From an uncultured Candidatus Saccharibacteria bacterium (GTDB lineage Bacteria; Patescibacteriota; Saccharimonadia; Saccharimonadales; Saccharimonadaceae), in assembly GCA_964402915.1 (NCBI GenBank), contig CAYODV010000001.1, positions 1 through 60,079 on the forward strand: DNA of 60,079 nt, written 5' to 3'. The translations under genes were made by a program, and so were the position numbers. Of this stretch, positions 37,704 through 47,636 are shown in pieces. Below the pieces are notes generated by a model. It was not told the origin of the DNA and did no database searches. It saw nothing but the letters and a program-made list of their open reading frames with translations. Position 1 is the stretch's first letter; the number at the start of each line of letters is the position of its first letter.

Positions 37704-38693
37704 TTAGACGTTAAAGCGGAATTCGACGACGTCGCCGTCGCGCATTTCGTAAGTTTTACCCTCGGTGCGCATGAGGCCAGCTTCTTTGACTGCCTTTTCG
37801 CTGCCGAGACGTTCGAGGTCGGCGAAGTTGCAGATTTGGGCGGAGATGAAGCCGCGTTCAAAGTCAGAGTGGATGGTGCCAGCGGCCTGCGGAGCGAGGC
37901 TACCTTTTTTAATGGTCCAGGCACGGCATTCTTTCTTGCCGGCGGTGAGGAAACTTTGGAGGCCGAGCGTGTCGTAGGCGGCTCTTATTAGTTCGCCAAG
38001 AGCGTCTTCCTGGACGCCGTAGCTTTCCAAAAATTCTTTACGCTCTTTTCTGTCCATGCCCGCCATTTCTTCTTCGAGTTTGGCGTTGACGAAGACAGCT
38101 TGAGCTGGCGCGACGAGTGTTTTAAGTTTGCTCTTGAGCGCGTCGTCGGTGAGGCCCTGTTCGTCGACGTTGAACATATAGATGACTGGTTTGTCAGTTA
38201 GATATTGAACGAGGTCGTCGGCGGGGTCTTTTTTGCGCTTGGCGGCGATTTTGGCTTTGGTTTCTTCGTCGGCGAGCTGAAGTTCGAGGTTGATGATGTC
38301 GATGTCATCTTTGGCTTGTTTAATGATATCTTCTTCGGGTTTTGAGTCGGCGCGAACAATGTCATTATTGATGAAAGCGCGGACAACGTGGCAGATGGCG
38401 TGACATTCGCGGATGTGAGCAAGAAATTTGTTGCCGAGGCCCTCGCCCTTGCTGGCGCCAGCAACAAGGCCGGCGATGTCGACAAACTCGACGGTGGCGG
38501 GGACGACTTTGTCGGTTTCGTACATTTTGGCAAGGACGTCGAGGCGTTCGTCTGGCACCGGTACGATGCCAACGTTTGGTTCGATAGTCGCGAAAGGGTA
38601 ATTTGCGGCGAGTGCACCAGCGTTGGTAAGCGCATTAAACAGCGTCGACTTCCCGACATTAGGTAGACCAACAATACCGATCTTTAAATTCAT
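37704..38693 (-). CDS. ychF: Obg-family ATPase YchF
   Basis: GIVGLPNVGKSTLFN, ANYPFATIEPN, DIAGLV.GAS.GEGLGN, IHSDFERGFI. Confidence 0.97.
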   Translation of the reverse strand: MNLKIGIVGLPNVGKSTLFNALTNAGALAANYPFATIEPNVGIVPVPDERLDVLAKMYETDKVVPATVEFVDIAGLVAGASKGEGLGNKFLAHIRECHAICHVVRAFINNDIVRADSKPEEDIIKQAKDDIDIINLELQLADEETKAKIAAKRKKDPADDLVQYLTDKPVIYMFNVDEQGLTDDALKSKLKTLVAPAQAVFVNAKLEEEMAGMDRKERKEFLESYGVQEDALGELIRAAYDTLGLQSFLTAGKKECRAWTIKKGSLAPQAAGTIHSDFERGFISAQICNFADLERLGSEKAVKEAGLMRTEGKTYEMRDGDVVEFRFNV

Positions 38694-38762
38694 AACCAAC
38701 CTTTGATATCTGTTATTACGGTGATAATTATAACATATTTTTTTAGTGTATAATATTAGTAT

Positions 38763-39604
38763 ATGTTGGTTTTAGTTATATTGTTATATATCGTCTTGAC
38801 TACTGGCCTTAACCAATTTTATAAATTAGCAACGCGTACGATGAAAAATGCAGCGGCGCAAACGGTTGGTCTACAATTAGTTGCTGGGTTAAGTTGTCTG
38901 ATTTTTATGCCTTTTTTTGAATTTCGTTTTCCGTCTAACCCATGGACGTATCTATTTTTAGGTTATCTTGTGTTTTTTATGCCATAAACAATTTTATGAT
39001 AGCTAGTGTTCGTAAGAACTTGGAAGCATCGGTTGTCGGAATACTACAACAAAGCTATACGGTATTGATGACGTTGGCTGGTCTTATTCTTTTTAGCGAA
39101 CAAGTAACTTTCTTTAAGATGATGGGGATTTTGATGATAGTTGGTGGGAATGTGTTAGTGTTTTGGCAACAGAAGAAGACGAAAGAGCTAAGATATGTTT
39201 GGATGGGTTTACTAGCTTATGCTTGTAATGTAATTGCGGGGCTGATTGATGTTGGCTATTCTGGAGAATTTAACCTACCATTTTATACGGCTTTTCTTTA
39301 TATTGTTCCGGCACTTTTTATTTTTATAGGAAGTCGAATAAAAATTATCGACATCATTAAAGAATATAAACGGGCTAGTAAACGAGATTATTATATAACG
39401 GGTTTTTGCTGGGGGGTTCATTATTTCGTTTTGTTAATCGCTTATTCTATGGGTGAAGTTTCGGTTGTAGCTCCCCTTGCTAGTTTATCGGTTTTTTCGA
39501 ATGTGATAGTCGGATATTTTTGGTTAAAAGAGAAAGACCGGTTGGCGAAGAAAATTATCGCCGCTGTCCTTGCGATACTTGGTATCGTTTTAATTTCTTT
39601 GTAA
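38763..39604 (+). pseudogene. EamA/DMT transporter broken by a 1-nt deletion near 38961-38965
   Basis: ORFs 38763-38987 and 38942-39604 join as ..YLFLG-LSCVFYAINN.. if one T is restored; SVVAPL, LKEK motifs; low GC. Confidence 0.75.
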
Positions 39605-39679
39605 TTTTGGCTCCCGGAAGACGGATTTTTGCGGCGAATGGGAGGTTGGTTTAAAAATTCAAGATTCCGATCTTAAGAT

Positions 39680-40198
39680 TCATGAGTTATTGCTCCTTTC
39701 GTTATCTAGAAAGTATTTTACAATTTGATAGTCGCGGAGAGCGATGGCGTATTTTATCATGGAGTCTTCATCGGTGCCGTCTTTATGCTCCGCTAAAAAC
39801 TTTTTGATTTCTTCCAAAAATTCTTCGGGAGAAATTTCGATGGGCTTAGCATCATCGGCGAGTTCAGCATCGTCTGGGTGTTCGCCATGATATTCGTCGG
39901 CATCGGCGGCGAAAACGTATGAATCTTGAGTGTAACCTTTGGTAATACCGAGAGTGTGGAGGTTTTTGACGGTGTAGCCAGTTTCTTCAAGAACTTCTCG
40001 GCGAAAAGTTTCTTCGGGAGTTTCGTCACCTTCTTTGCCACCGCCGGGGAGTTTATATTGTCCAGTTTTTTGTTTGACAAAAGCAAGCATTTTCCTGTTA
40101 GGTAGAAAAACCAGACCCCGTGAAGCGATTCTGTGGTAGCCGACTTCAAGACCGGCAAGTTTGGGATTTGAATAGTTTTCAAAAATCACCTTGTCCAT
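39680..40198 (-). CDS. NUDIX hydrolase
   Basis: PGGGKEGDETPEETFRREVLEETG Nudix box. Confidence 0.92.
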   Translation of the reverse strand: MDKVIFENYSNPKLAGLEVGYHRIASRGLVFLPNRKMLAFVKQKTGQYKLPGGGKEGDETPEETFRREVLEETGYTVKNLHTLGITKGYTQDSYVFAADADEYHGEHPDDAELADDAKPIEISPEEFLEEIKKFLAEHKDGTDEDSMIKYAIALRDYQIVKYFLDNERSNNS

Positions 40199-40237
40199 AT
40201 CTGTAATTATAACATATAATAATATATAATATAAGAT

Positions 40238-40447
40238 ATGACGATTAGAAAAGCGACGGTTGAGGATGTTCCTCGTATTGTGGAGATATTGGTTTTTTCG
40301 AAGAGGAAGAATTATAGAAATATTTTTAATAATGATGTAGGGTCTTTTGTTGTTTTACAGGTTTATTCATTAGCGAAGATGTATTTTGATAAGCCAGAAC
40401 TTTTGGAGAACTATTTTGTTTATGATGATGAGTTTGTGATAAAATAG
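40238..40447 (+). pseudogene. N-terminal fragment of a GNAT acetyltransferase
   Basis: IRKAT.ED..RI.EI start typical of GNATs; stops at 69 aa before the acetyl-CoA motif. Confidence 0.55.
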
Positions 40448-40451
40448 GGAA

Positions 40452-41015
40452 GTGGAACACGATAAAGAGAAATGGCAGTTATATGGCCAAAATGGGGCGG
40501 CAGTGGTGGGGCAAAGTTACGACACAAAGGTGAATCCGCCGGAGGGGGCGAAGGAGTATGTGGCGGCGAGCGATGTTTGGTTGTATCGGAGGACGGAGAG
40601 CGGAGTTGAGCTACTGTTTCAGAAGCGGTCGCACTATGTTGACAGGAATCCTGACCTTTGGGATGTTTCGACTTGTGGACATGTGAATTTTGGCGAGACG
40701 CCAGTTTTGGCGGCAGAACGAGAGGCGCGTGAAGAAATTGGTGCGAAAATCAATAAAGACAGACTTGAGTATGTTTTTTCTGTGCTTTCTACGAACGGAA
40801 GCAACATTGTGAATCATTATTTTCTGTATGATTATACGGGCGAAGACGATGATTTTGCTTTTAACGACCGTGAGGTGTCAGAAGTGAGATGGGTGCCATT
40901 TGAGCAGTTTGACGAGTTTATTGAAAAGTTTGCGAAGCCGCCGCTGAAAAATGCGAAGTTTGCGCGCGAGCTAACTAAACTTTTTATCAGCAGAGTTTGC
41001 CGCGGAGAGAAGTAA
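40452..41015 (+). CDS. NUDIX hydrolase (IPP-isomerase-like)
   Basis: LFQKRS, WDVSTCGHV..GET...AAEREAREEIG, EVSEVRW. Confidence 0.88.
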   Translation: MEHDKEKWQLYGQNGAAVVGQSYDTKVNPPEGAKEYVAASDVWLYRRTESGVELLFQKRSHYVDRNPDLWDVSTCGHVNFGETPVLAAEREAREEIGAKINKDRLEYVFSVLSTNGSNIVNHYFLYDYTGEDDDFAFNDREVSEVRWVPFEQFDEFIEKFAKPPLKNAKFARELTKLFISRVCRGEK

Positions 41016-41050
41016 AATCTTTCCGGCGACGTGGTTAGATAATTGGGCGA

Positions 41051-41722
41051 TTAGGCGGGTTCTTTTGCTTTTTCGGGGCGGGGTCTGCTGAGGAGAGTAG
41101 CAAAGGCGAGGAGGAGCGTGGCGCCGATGAGAAGGCCGCCGAAAATGTCCGTAGCCCAGTGGACGCCGGCGATGACGCGGCCGGCGATATTGAAGATGGC
41201 GAGAAGAATAAGGAGGGTGTTAAAGAAGGCTTTGTGCTTGAGTTTGAGATAGTGGGAAACGAGGAGGATAGAGGCGCCGCAAAGCGAGACGGCGAAGAAG
41301 GTGTGAGAGGAGGGGTAGCTCGGTTCCAGCGCGCCGTTGATGAGGACGGGGCGGTAGTTGATGATGATGGCGTGGTCGAAAATAAAATAGAAGGCGAGGA
41401 CAACAAGAATGTAGCCGACGGCCAGTTTGAGCTCAAAGTCGATTTTTTTGAAACTTTTACGACGGATGAGTTGGACGAGGAGAAGGACGACGAAAAAGAC
41501 GGGTGGGAGGTAGATGGCGTAGCCGGAAAGTTTGGTGACACGATACCAGAGTTCATTAAACGGCAAAGCGTTATGAACGGCTTCGTTGATCCCGGCGAGG
41601 CCGACAGAAGATTCGTTCGGACCGATGGGCCTGACATCGACGTTTTTGACGACGAAGGTGAAGATGATGGCTAAAATGGCGAAGATGATGGTGGAGATGA
41701 GAAGAGATTTTTTGAGTTTCAT
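41051..41722 (-). CDS. PAP2 family membrane phosphatase
   Basis: YRP, SYPSSH, GRVIAGVHWATDI. Confidence 0.92.
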   Translation of the reverse strand: MKLKKSLLISTIIFAILAIIFTFVVKNVDVRPIGPNESSVGLAGINEAVHNALPFNELWYRVTKLSGYAIYLPPVFFVVLLLVQLIRRKSFKKIDFELKLAVGYILVVLAFYFIFDHAIIINYRPVLINGALEPSYPSSHTFFAVSLCGASILLVSHYLKLKHKAFFNTLLILLAIFNIAGRVIAGVHWATDIFGGLLIGATLLLAFATLLSRPRPEKAKEPA

Positions 41723-41741
41723 GCAATTATTATAGCATAAA

Positions 41742-41771
41742 AGCGTGGCCGCGGAAATTCCGCGGCCAACG
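41742..41771. terminator. Stem-loop terminator
   Basis: TGGCCGCGGAA-A-TTCCGCGGCCA. Confidence 0.65.
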
Positions 41772-41782
41772 TGTGAGGCTTG

Positions 41783-42481
41783 TCAGATGATTTGAATCCA
41801 AAGGTATTTTTGTGGGTCAACCGCGCCGACGAAGTATTGTTTATCTCTGTAGGTTGAGACAACGACTTTCCCAACGCCAGATTCGTCGATGCTTACGCTG
41901 CCGAGTTTCTCGAACCAGACAACTTCTCCGAACTCGGTTTCACTGTGTTCTTCGATGCCGACATACCGATGTGTTGATTGGGGCATGACGACGATGGTTT
42001 CGTAGCCGGCCTCTGCCAGAAATTCTTGCCAGTACTTGGCGTGGAAGAGTTTTTCTCCGCGCGGAGTCTTGCGTTTTGGCCAGTGGCCGGTCGATTCGAA
42101 AATCTTCCAAGCACAGTAGCTAGTCGGGTGGCGAATGATGAAGTTGCTTTGATCGGAAATCAATGTATAGCTTCCAGTCCGATCATCTTCTTCCCAGTTG
42201 GCAAAGTCGGGGTCGCTGTACGGCCATGGATAAGTATTAAAATAATAATACCCGTCCTGATACTGCTTAGTTTTGTTTTGGCCGACGACAGATTGCCAAT
42301 ACTTTTGCGCCGCGTGGCGATAACGCTTCCGGTAAAACCGGCGCGATATCTTGTGCAAGACATCTGAAATTTTTCCGATGGTCTTAAGCGGACCGCGGCG
42401 GAAGACTGGTGGCAACTTTGACTGATTCCATTTGTCGCAGGATAGTTTTGCCCATCGATTAAGCGTGTCGAGTCTAGACAT
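41783..42481 (-). CDS. Hypothetical protein with degenerate CHAP-like C-terminal domain
   Basis: RHPTSYCAWK, HAKYW...AG, FGEVVWFE track the CHAP pattern; GGGGA RBS. Confidence 0.5.
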   Translation of the reverse strand: MSRLDTLNRWAKLSCDKWNQSKLPPVFRRGPLKTIGKISDVLHKISRRFYRKRYRHAAQKYWQSVVGQNKTKQYQDGYYYFNTYPWPYSDPDFANWEEDDRTGSYTLISDQSNFIIRHPTSYCAWKIFESTGHWPKRKTPRGEKLFHAKYWQEFLAEAGYETIVVMPQSTHRYVGIEEHSETEFGEVVWFEKLGSVSIDESGVGKVVVSTYRDKQYFVGAVDPQKYLWIQII

Positions 42482-42576
42482 TTTTATTCCCCCTTATAAT
42501 AATGAATTAGATTCAAATCATAACAAAGAACACCCCTCACATGTTATTATACCACAAAAAGCGTAAAAAGTAAATA

Positions 42577-42632
42577 CCACCACATTTAGTGTATTTTGGG
42601 TATTGACAAACGCTATATGTAGCGTGTATAAT
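42577..42632 (+). promoter_or_regulatory. Promoter with tandem NrdR-like boxes
   Basis: CCACCACATTTAGTGT (42577-42592) and ACGCTATATGTAGCGT (42610-42625); TTGACA 42603, TATAAT 42627. Confidence 0.75.
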
Positions 42633-42683
42633 CATAAGCAGAATTAATTCAGATAAAAATTAAACTCGAAAAAGGAGAGATTT

Positions 42684-43127
42684 ATGAAAAGTATTGTTTA
42701 TTTTGAGCCTTCGGACGCGGAAAAGTTTGACGTCGCTAGATTTGAGAAAAGTCTGCGAGAATATGCGGACGTGCCGAGCGAGGCGGTCGAAGAAGCGCTG
42801 AAGTCGGTGGAGGAGTTTGAAACTTTGCACGTGAGCCGGTTAGTGAAGATTGGCGTGGATCTGATTGCGGAGTACGGCGATGAGGCGAAAGCTGAGGCGT
42901 ATTATAATAAATATGCGAAATATTTTGGCGAGAAGTTTGAGAGGCTGCGCCGGATTACGGGCTATCTTGTTGGGACGCTAGACCGCTGGAATGATGGCAA
43001 GAGGGCAGAGGAAAGCCAGCGCGTGAAACATTCGGTGAATTCGTCTGTGGATGATTTGACCAGGAACACGAAGCTGCAAGAGCAAATGGTAACATATAAT
43101 CGAGCGTATGTTGGGGCGAATGAATAA
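42684..43127 (+). CDS. Stand-alone class III RNR glycyl-radical domain protein (mini-NrdD)
   Basis: FERLRRITGYL...WNDGKRAE..RVKH is the NrdD C-terminal motif; 147 aa; AAGGAG RBS. Confidence 0.85.
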   Translation: MKSIVYFEPSDAEKFDVARFEKSLREYADVPSEAVEEALKSVEEFETLHVSRLVKIGVDLIAEYGDEAKAEAYYNKYAKYFGEKFERLRRITGYLVGTLDRWNDGKRAEESQRVKHSVNSSVDDLTRNTKLQEQMVTYNRAYVGANE

Positions 43128-43147
43128 GCTATAGCTTAACGCAAGAA

Positions 43148-44269
43148 TTATAATATGTCGGCGAAATAGCCGATGGCGATGAGGGCAGAGAGGCTAATGA
43201 TAATAACGGCAACGTTGCGGAGATGGAAGCGTTTTTCTGAGTTTATATTAGCGACAAATTCACGAATGAGCGCGGAGCTGCGGTAATACCAGGGCGACTT
43301 CGCTCCGATGCCTTCGATGTTTTTGAAGCCCGCCCTCGCCGCGATGACGCCAGCGCGGAAAACATGATAGCTGGACGTGGCGAAAGCAACGTGTTCGGCG
43401 GTTTTGATTTTAGCTTTGGAGAAGCGGAAGTTTTCTAGAGTGGTCTTTGATTTGTCTTCGGCGAGGATTTGCGATTTTGGGATGTGTTTTTCTAGAAGGT
43501 AATTTTGCATTGACGTAGCTTCGGCGAGAGGTTCGTCGGGGCCCTGACCGCCGGAAGGGACAAAAAGTAAATCTTTTTTGGCCTCCTTTTGCTGAAGCTT
43601 GGCAAATTCTAGGGCGCGGTCGATACGAGCGCGGAGGAGGCCGGCAGGCTTGCCGTCGTCACGCATACGGCAGCCAAGAATGATAATGTAATCTTTGTCT
43701 AGCCTTGGTTTGTGACGACCGGCTTTAATAGAAACGAAAACTGTGGCGTAAAACATGGCCTCGAAATAACTGACGAGAACCGCAAAGAGTCCTTCAATCC
43801 AGAGCGAGAAACAATAGCCAGCGTAGGAATGGACGTCCATAAAATGGTCTAGGACATCATATGAGAAGAAAACGCCACTGGCGCCGATAATGAGCACGGA
43901 GCAAAGCAGAACGCCGAGAAGGTTTGGGAGGCTTTTGCCTTCCTTTTTTAACAAAACGATGTTTGAGATGATGAGAAAAATGCAGAGAAAAGGAAGAATG
44001 AGGAGAGTATTGAAGTTTGCAAAACCTGTGAACGTGGTGGTTAGAGAGCCCGTAAAGTTATAAAGTTCGTATGGGATTTCTGCTGGCCAAGTGACGAGGC
44101 TTAAAAAATGGTTCATGAAGCAGATGAGAAAGAAAATGATACCGCCAACAAATGAGATAGTTTTATAAGAATATAATGTTTCTCGGCGAATCTTCCTGAG
44201 TGCAAAAATGCAAAGGGCAATCAAAACAAGCTGCAAGATTATGAAGCCGATTTCTAATGCGAGCGCCAT
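43148..44269 (-). CDS. YdcF/DUF218 family protein with N-terminal TM region
   Basis: IIILGC, RIDRA, SGGQG.DE..AEA, EDKSKTTLEN, TSSYHVFRA. Confidence 0.9.
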   Translation of the reverse strand: MALALEIGFIILQLVLIALCIFALRKIRRETLYSYKTISFVGGIIFFLICFMNHFLSLVTWPAEIPYELYNFTGSLTTTFTGFANFNTLLILPFLCIFLIISNIVLLKKEGKSLPNLLGVLLCSVLIIGASGVFFSYDVLDHFMDVHSYAGYCFSLWIEGLFAVLVSYFEAMFYATVFVSIKAGRHKPRLDKDYIIILGCRMRDDGKPAGLLRARIDRALEFAKLQQKEAKKDLLFVPSGGQGPDEPLAEATSMQNYLLEKHIPKSQILAEDKSKTTLENFRFSKAKIKTAEHVAFATSSYHVFRAGVIAARAGFKNIEGIGAKSPWYYRSSALIREFVANINSEKRFHLRNVAVIIISLSALIAIGYFADIL

Positions 44270-44281
44270 ATATAATATATA

Positions 44282-45091
44282 TTATACGCCGTTCCCGGCG
44301 GCGAAGATGACGTTTTCGAAGAGGACGGAAACGGTGAGGGGGCCAACGCCGCCGAGTTTAGGAGTGATGGCTTTTAGATCTTCGCGATTTCGGACCGCTT
44401 CGTCGACGTCGCCCATCAAAACACCTTTTTCCGAAGCAGTGCCAGCGTCAACGACGACGGCATTTTCCTTGATGTATTCGGATTTGATGAGGTGCGGAAC
44501 GCCGGTGGCGGTGATGACGATGTCGAAGTTTTTGAGGTCTTCTAGGTTTGAGCCGCGGTGGAACATTTCTACGGTTTTGCCAGAGTTTGTGAAGATTTTA
44601 TAGAGCGGAGCACCAACAAGACGACCACGACCGACGAGGGCGATTTTGGCGTTTTCTAGGTTGATGTCGTAGCCGGCGAGGAGCCAGTTGATGGCGGTGG
44701 CGGTGGCGGAGTCGAAATTACCATTGCCAGAAAGACCGTCAACGTCTTTTTCTGGCGCGATGAGGCTAACAACTGCATCCGTGGCGTCTTTGTCGGCAGT
44801 TTTAAGCGGGAGTTGAACGATCATGCCGGAGATGGCCTTGTCGGCGTTGGCTTCTGTGATTTTGTTTTTAAGTTCTTCAAGGTTTTTAGCGCAAAAATCT
44901 TCCACGGCGACGCCGATATCTTCGCCGTATTGCTGTTTGAGCGTGACGTATTTGGTGATGACGGGGTTGTCGGAATCGCGAAGAATGAGAAGTTTTGGCG
45001 TGATTTTGTGGCCTTTAAGACTTTTAACGACGTGGGCTTGGCGTTCTTTGACGAAGCCGGCGAGTTCGCGACCGGAGAGCGATTTAGTCAT
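44282..45091 (-). CDS. folD: Methylenetetrahydrofolate dehydrogenase/cyclohydrolase
   Basis: YV..K, VQLPL, PEKDVDG, GRG.LVG.P, VDAG, TP..GGVGPLT. Confidence 0.93.
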   Translation of the reverse strand: MTKSLSGRELAGFVKERQAHVVKSLKGHKITPKLLILRDSDNPVITKYVTLKQQYGEDIGVAVEDFCAKNLEELKNKITEANADKAISGMIVQLPLKTADKDATDAVVSLIAPEKDVDGLSGNGNFDSATATAINWLLAGYDINLENAKIALVGRGRLVGAPLYKIFTNSGKTVEMFHRGSNLEDLKNFDIVITATGVPHLIKSEYIKENAVVVDAGTASEKGVLMGDVDEAVRNREDLKAITPKLGGVGPLTVSVLFENVIFAAGNGV

Positions 45092-46106
45092 GGTTTACTT
45101 CCTCAATTTTGACGGGTTCGGGTTCGAGTGTGAGGTCGTATTTGTCTTTGACGATTTGTTGGATTTCCGTGACGGCTTGTTCGAGGTCTTTATAGCTTTT
45201 GGCGGATTCGTTGATGAGGATGAGGGCGGCTTTGTCGGAGACTTTGAAGCCGTGGAAAGTTTGACCTTTGAGGCCGGCGTGTTCGAGAAGCCAACCGGTG
45301 TTGATTTTGTATTTGCCGTCTTTGGTTTCTCGGAACGGAATGTCTTGATTTTTGGGCGAGTGATCAAGAATGATGTTTTTGAAGAAACTGCCGGCGGAGG
45401 CCTCTTTGGCCGGGTCGGGGAGTTTTTGGTTTCTGATTTTTATGACAGCTTCGCGAATAGACTTTGGCGAATAATCTTTGATGTTATGTTCGTCGAGGTA
45501 GGATTGAAGGGAATTGTAAAAAGGTTGTTTGAGTTGTTTTTCGGCGAATTTAAAAGTGGCATTTAAAATGAAGTAACGGCCTTTGTCTTTGCCAGAGTTA
45601 AAAATCGAGTGACGGTAGGCGAAGTCGCAATCTTCGGCTTTAATTTCTTTGTACTCATCAAGGAGCGAATCGTAGACTTCGACGGATTCTAAGGTGTCTT
45701 TGGCTTCCTCGCCATAGGCACCGATGTTTTGGACGGGCGCGGCGGCGACAGTGCCGGGGATTTTGGACATGGCTTCGACGCCAGAGAAACCCTTTTCGCA
45801 GACAAAGGCAACGAAATCGTCCCAAACGACACCGCCGTTAACTGTGATTCTAAGTTCGTTTTCTGACTCCGTGAGGATTTTGAGACCCATGATTTTGTTG
45901 ATGATAAGTGCGCCGTCAAAGCCCTCGTCTTTTCCGAGCGAGTTCGCACCAGCACCTAGGAAATAAAATGGCAAGCCTTTTTCTTTAACGAATTCAAAGG
46001 CTTCGGCGCAGTCGTCGGCGGATGTGATTTCGATGACGAACTTCGCCGGGCCGCCGAGGCGCATGGTAGTTAAAGTTGAGATAGGGACGTTTTCTCGGAT
46101 GTTCAT
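45084..46106 (-). CDS. murB: UDP-N-acetylenolpyruvoylglucosamine reductase
   Basis: LGGPA, G.GAN, IPGTV.AAPVQNIGAYG, F.YRHSIF, SAGSFFKN, LEPEP. Confidence 0.96.
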   Translation of the reverse strand: MNIRENVPISTLTTMRLGGPAKFVIEITSADDCAEAFEFVKEKGLPFYFLGAGANSLGKDEGFDGALIINKIMGLKILTESENELRITVNGGVVWDDFVAFVCEKGFSGVEAMSKIPGTVAAAPVQNIGAYGEEAKDTLESVEVYDSLLDEYKEIKAEDCDFAYRHSIFNSGKDKGRYFILNATFKFAEKQLKQPFYNSLQSYLDEHNIKDYSPKSIREAVIKIRNQKLPDPAKEASAGSFFKNIILDHSPKNQDIPFRETKDGKYKINTGWLLEHAGLKGQTFHGFKVSDKAALILINESAKSYKDLEQAVTEIQQIVKDKYDLTLEPEPVKIEEVNHD

Positions 46107-46144
46107 GTGGCTAATTATAACATAGGCCACTCAAGTTTTACAGA

Positions 46145-47530
46145 CTAGCGGCCGCGGCCGGTGTTGGGGGCTTTGGGGAGCATTGTGGTCGGCGAAGAGT
46201 TTGAAGTCGTTTCCGCTTCTGCTTCCTCTTCCGAGCTAGCCAGGGAGTCATAGTCTAGGGCCATTTTGGCTGCTAGTATTGGGTTGTAGTTAATTGACTG
46301 GCCGTCCAAGCTAAGGGGCGCGAGCGCGTAAGCGTAGCCAGAATCGATGCGGAAAACGTTATTGGTTTCTTCGCGGTTTAGGAGTGCGAAGTTGTGGCCT
46401 TTGACGAGCGAAAAGGCAAGCCAATCGGTGTCCCAGAGGCAGAATGGAATGTAGAGTGCGTATTTTTCTCCGGTGCGAATAGTGTCGGATTCGGAGGCAT
46501 CGACTTCGTGGTAGGCTCCGTCGGCCAAATCGTCAACGACAACCAGACGCGCGCCACCGTCGATTTCGAAAGGAAATGGGTCGTAACGGTCGTAGCTAGC
46601 GAGGATGTTTTCGTCTTCTTCTTTGTACAGAGAGTCAACGATGCGGGTGTTGGCGGACCAGTAGTCTTCGCCAGAGGTTAATTCTGCGTTGTAGTTGGCG
46701 GAAACGCCACCGACGATGGGTAAGAATTTGAATTCGCCGGAGTCCGCGGAGCGGCCATGTTTGAAAGTTACCTGGCTACGGGGGATGACGTTGACCTTTG
46801 GGTCGTCCGGGATGGTGTCAGATTCGAAGTCGTTGTAGTAGAAAGCGTCGCCGGTGCCGTTAGTGATTTTGTGGTAGATAGCGCCAAAGAGATTTAGACC
46901 GGTACTGATGCCGTCAATGTTTTTGTCGTTGGCGGTGATTTTACCGGTGTAGATGCCGTAGTTGCCGGTATAGTTGGTGACGTAGAAATTAGTTGCGGCG
47001 GAGACGTTTAGTTCCTTGTCGAGAGATGTGGTGATGGCGGTAACTTCGTCGGTCGTGATGGTTGAATGTAGGGTGGCGGAGTGAATGTCGAAGTTGAATT
47101 GTTGGTTTTCGTTGATTTCGATGGAGCCGTTAGTGGCCAAAATGCCGTTGGCGCGACCGGTCGAAGAATCGACGACGATGTTCATGTCGCTGGCGCCATA
47201 AATGGAGTTTTGTATGATATTAAGTTTTTCGGCGTCGGTTTTGATGCCGTATTCGCCGGTGGTGTTAATGGTGGCGGAGCTGAGGTTGACGATGTTGACG
47301 GTGTTATAACCTTCAACTAAGATGGCGCCGCCGTTATAGTGATCGAGGGTGAGCGTGGCGGTGGTGTCGTCAAAATCGACGCAGGCGTGGTTTTGACAAG
47401 TGCCAGATTCGGTATATTCGGTACCACCGACGGAAATTTTCTTGATGGTTTCCGTGGCACCAGCGAGTGTTTCTAAGGGTAAAAATGAAAATAATAGAGC
47501 GAATAAATATGAAAAAGCTGAGTGTTTCAT
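46145..47530 (-). CDS. Exported beta-rich protein ending PKAPNTGRGR
   Basis: 461 aa from ATG 47530; signal peptide; TATLTL..Y.GG.I motif; S/T-rich linker. Confidence 0.75.
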   Translation of the reverse strand: MKHSAFSYLFALLFSFLPLETLAGATETIKKISVGGTEYTESGTCQNHACVDFDDTTATLTLDHYNGGAILVEGYNTVNIVNLSSATINTTGEYGIKTDAEKLNIIQNSIYGASDMNIVVDSSTGRANGILATNGSIEINENQQFNFDIHSATLHSTITTDEVTAITTSLDKELNVSAATNFYVTNYTGNYGIYTGKITANDKNIDGISTGLNLFGAIYHKITNGTGDAFYYNDFESDTIPDDPKVNVIPRSQVTFKHGRSADSGEFKFLPIVGGVSANYNAELTSGEDYWSANTRIVDSLYKEEDENILASYDRYDPFPFEIDGGARLVVVDDLADGAYHEVDASESDTIRTGEKYALYIPFCLWDTDWLAFSLVKGHNFALLNREETNNVFRIDSGYAYALAPLSLDGQSINYNPILAAKMALDYDSLASSEEEAEAETTSNSSPTTMLPKAPNTGRGR

Positions 47531-47636
47531 GATGATTCTATTGTAGCATATTTTTGACAATTTGTCAATATGATAGTATTGCGTGGAATAATTATGTTTT
47601 TTTGTCAAGTGGCTACTATCGTGATAAAATGAGGGC

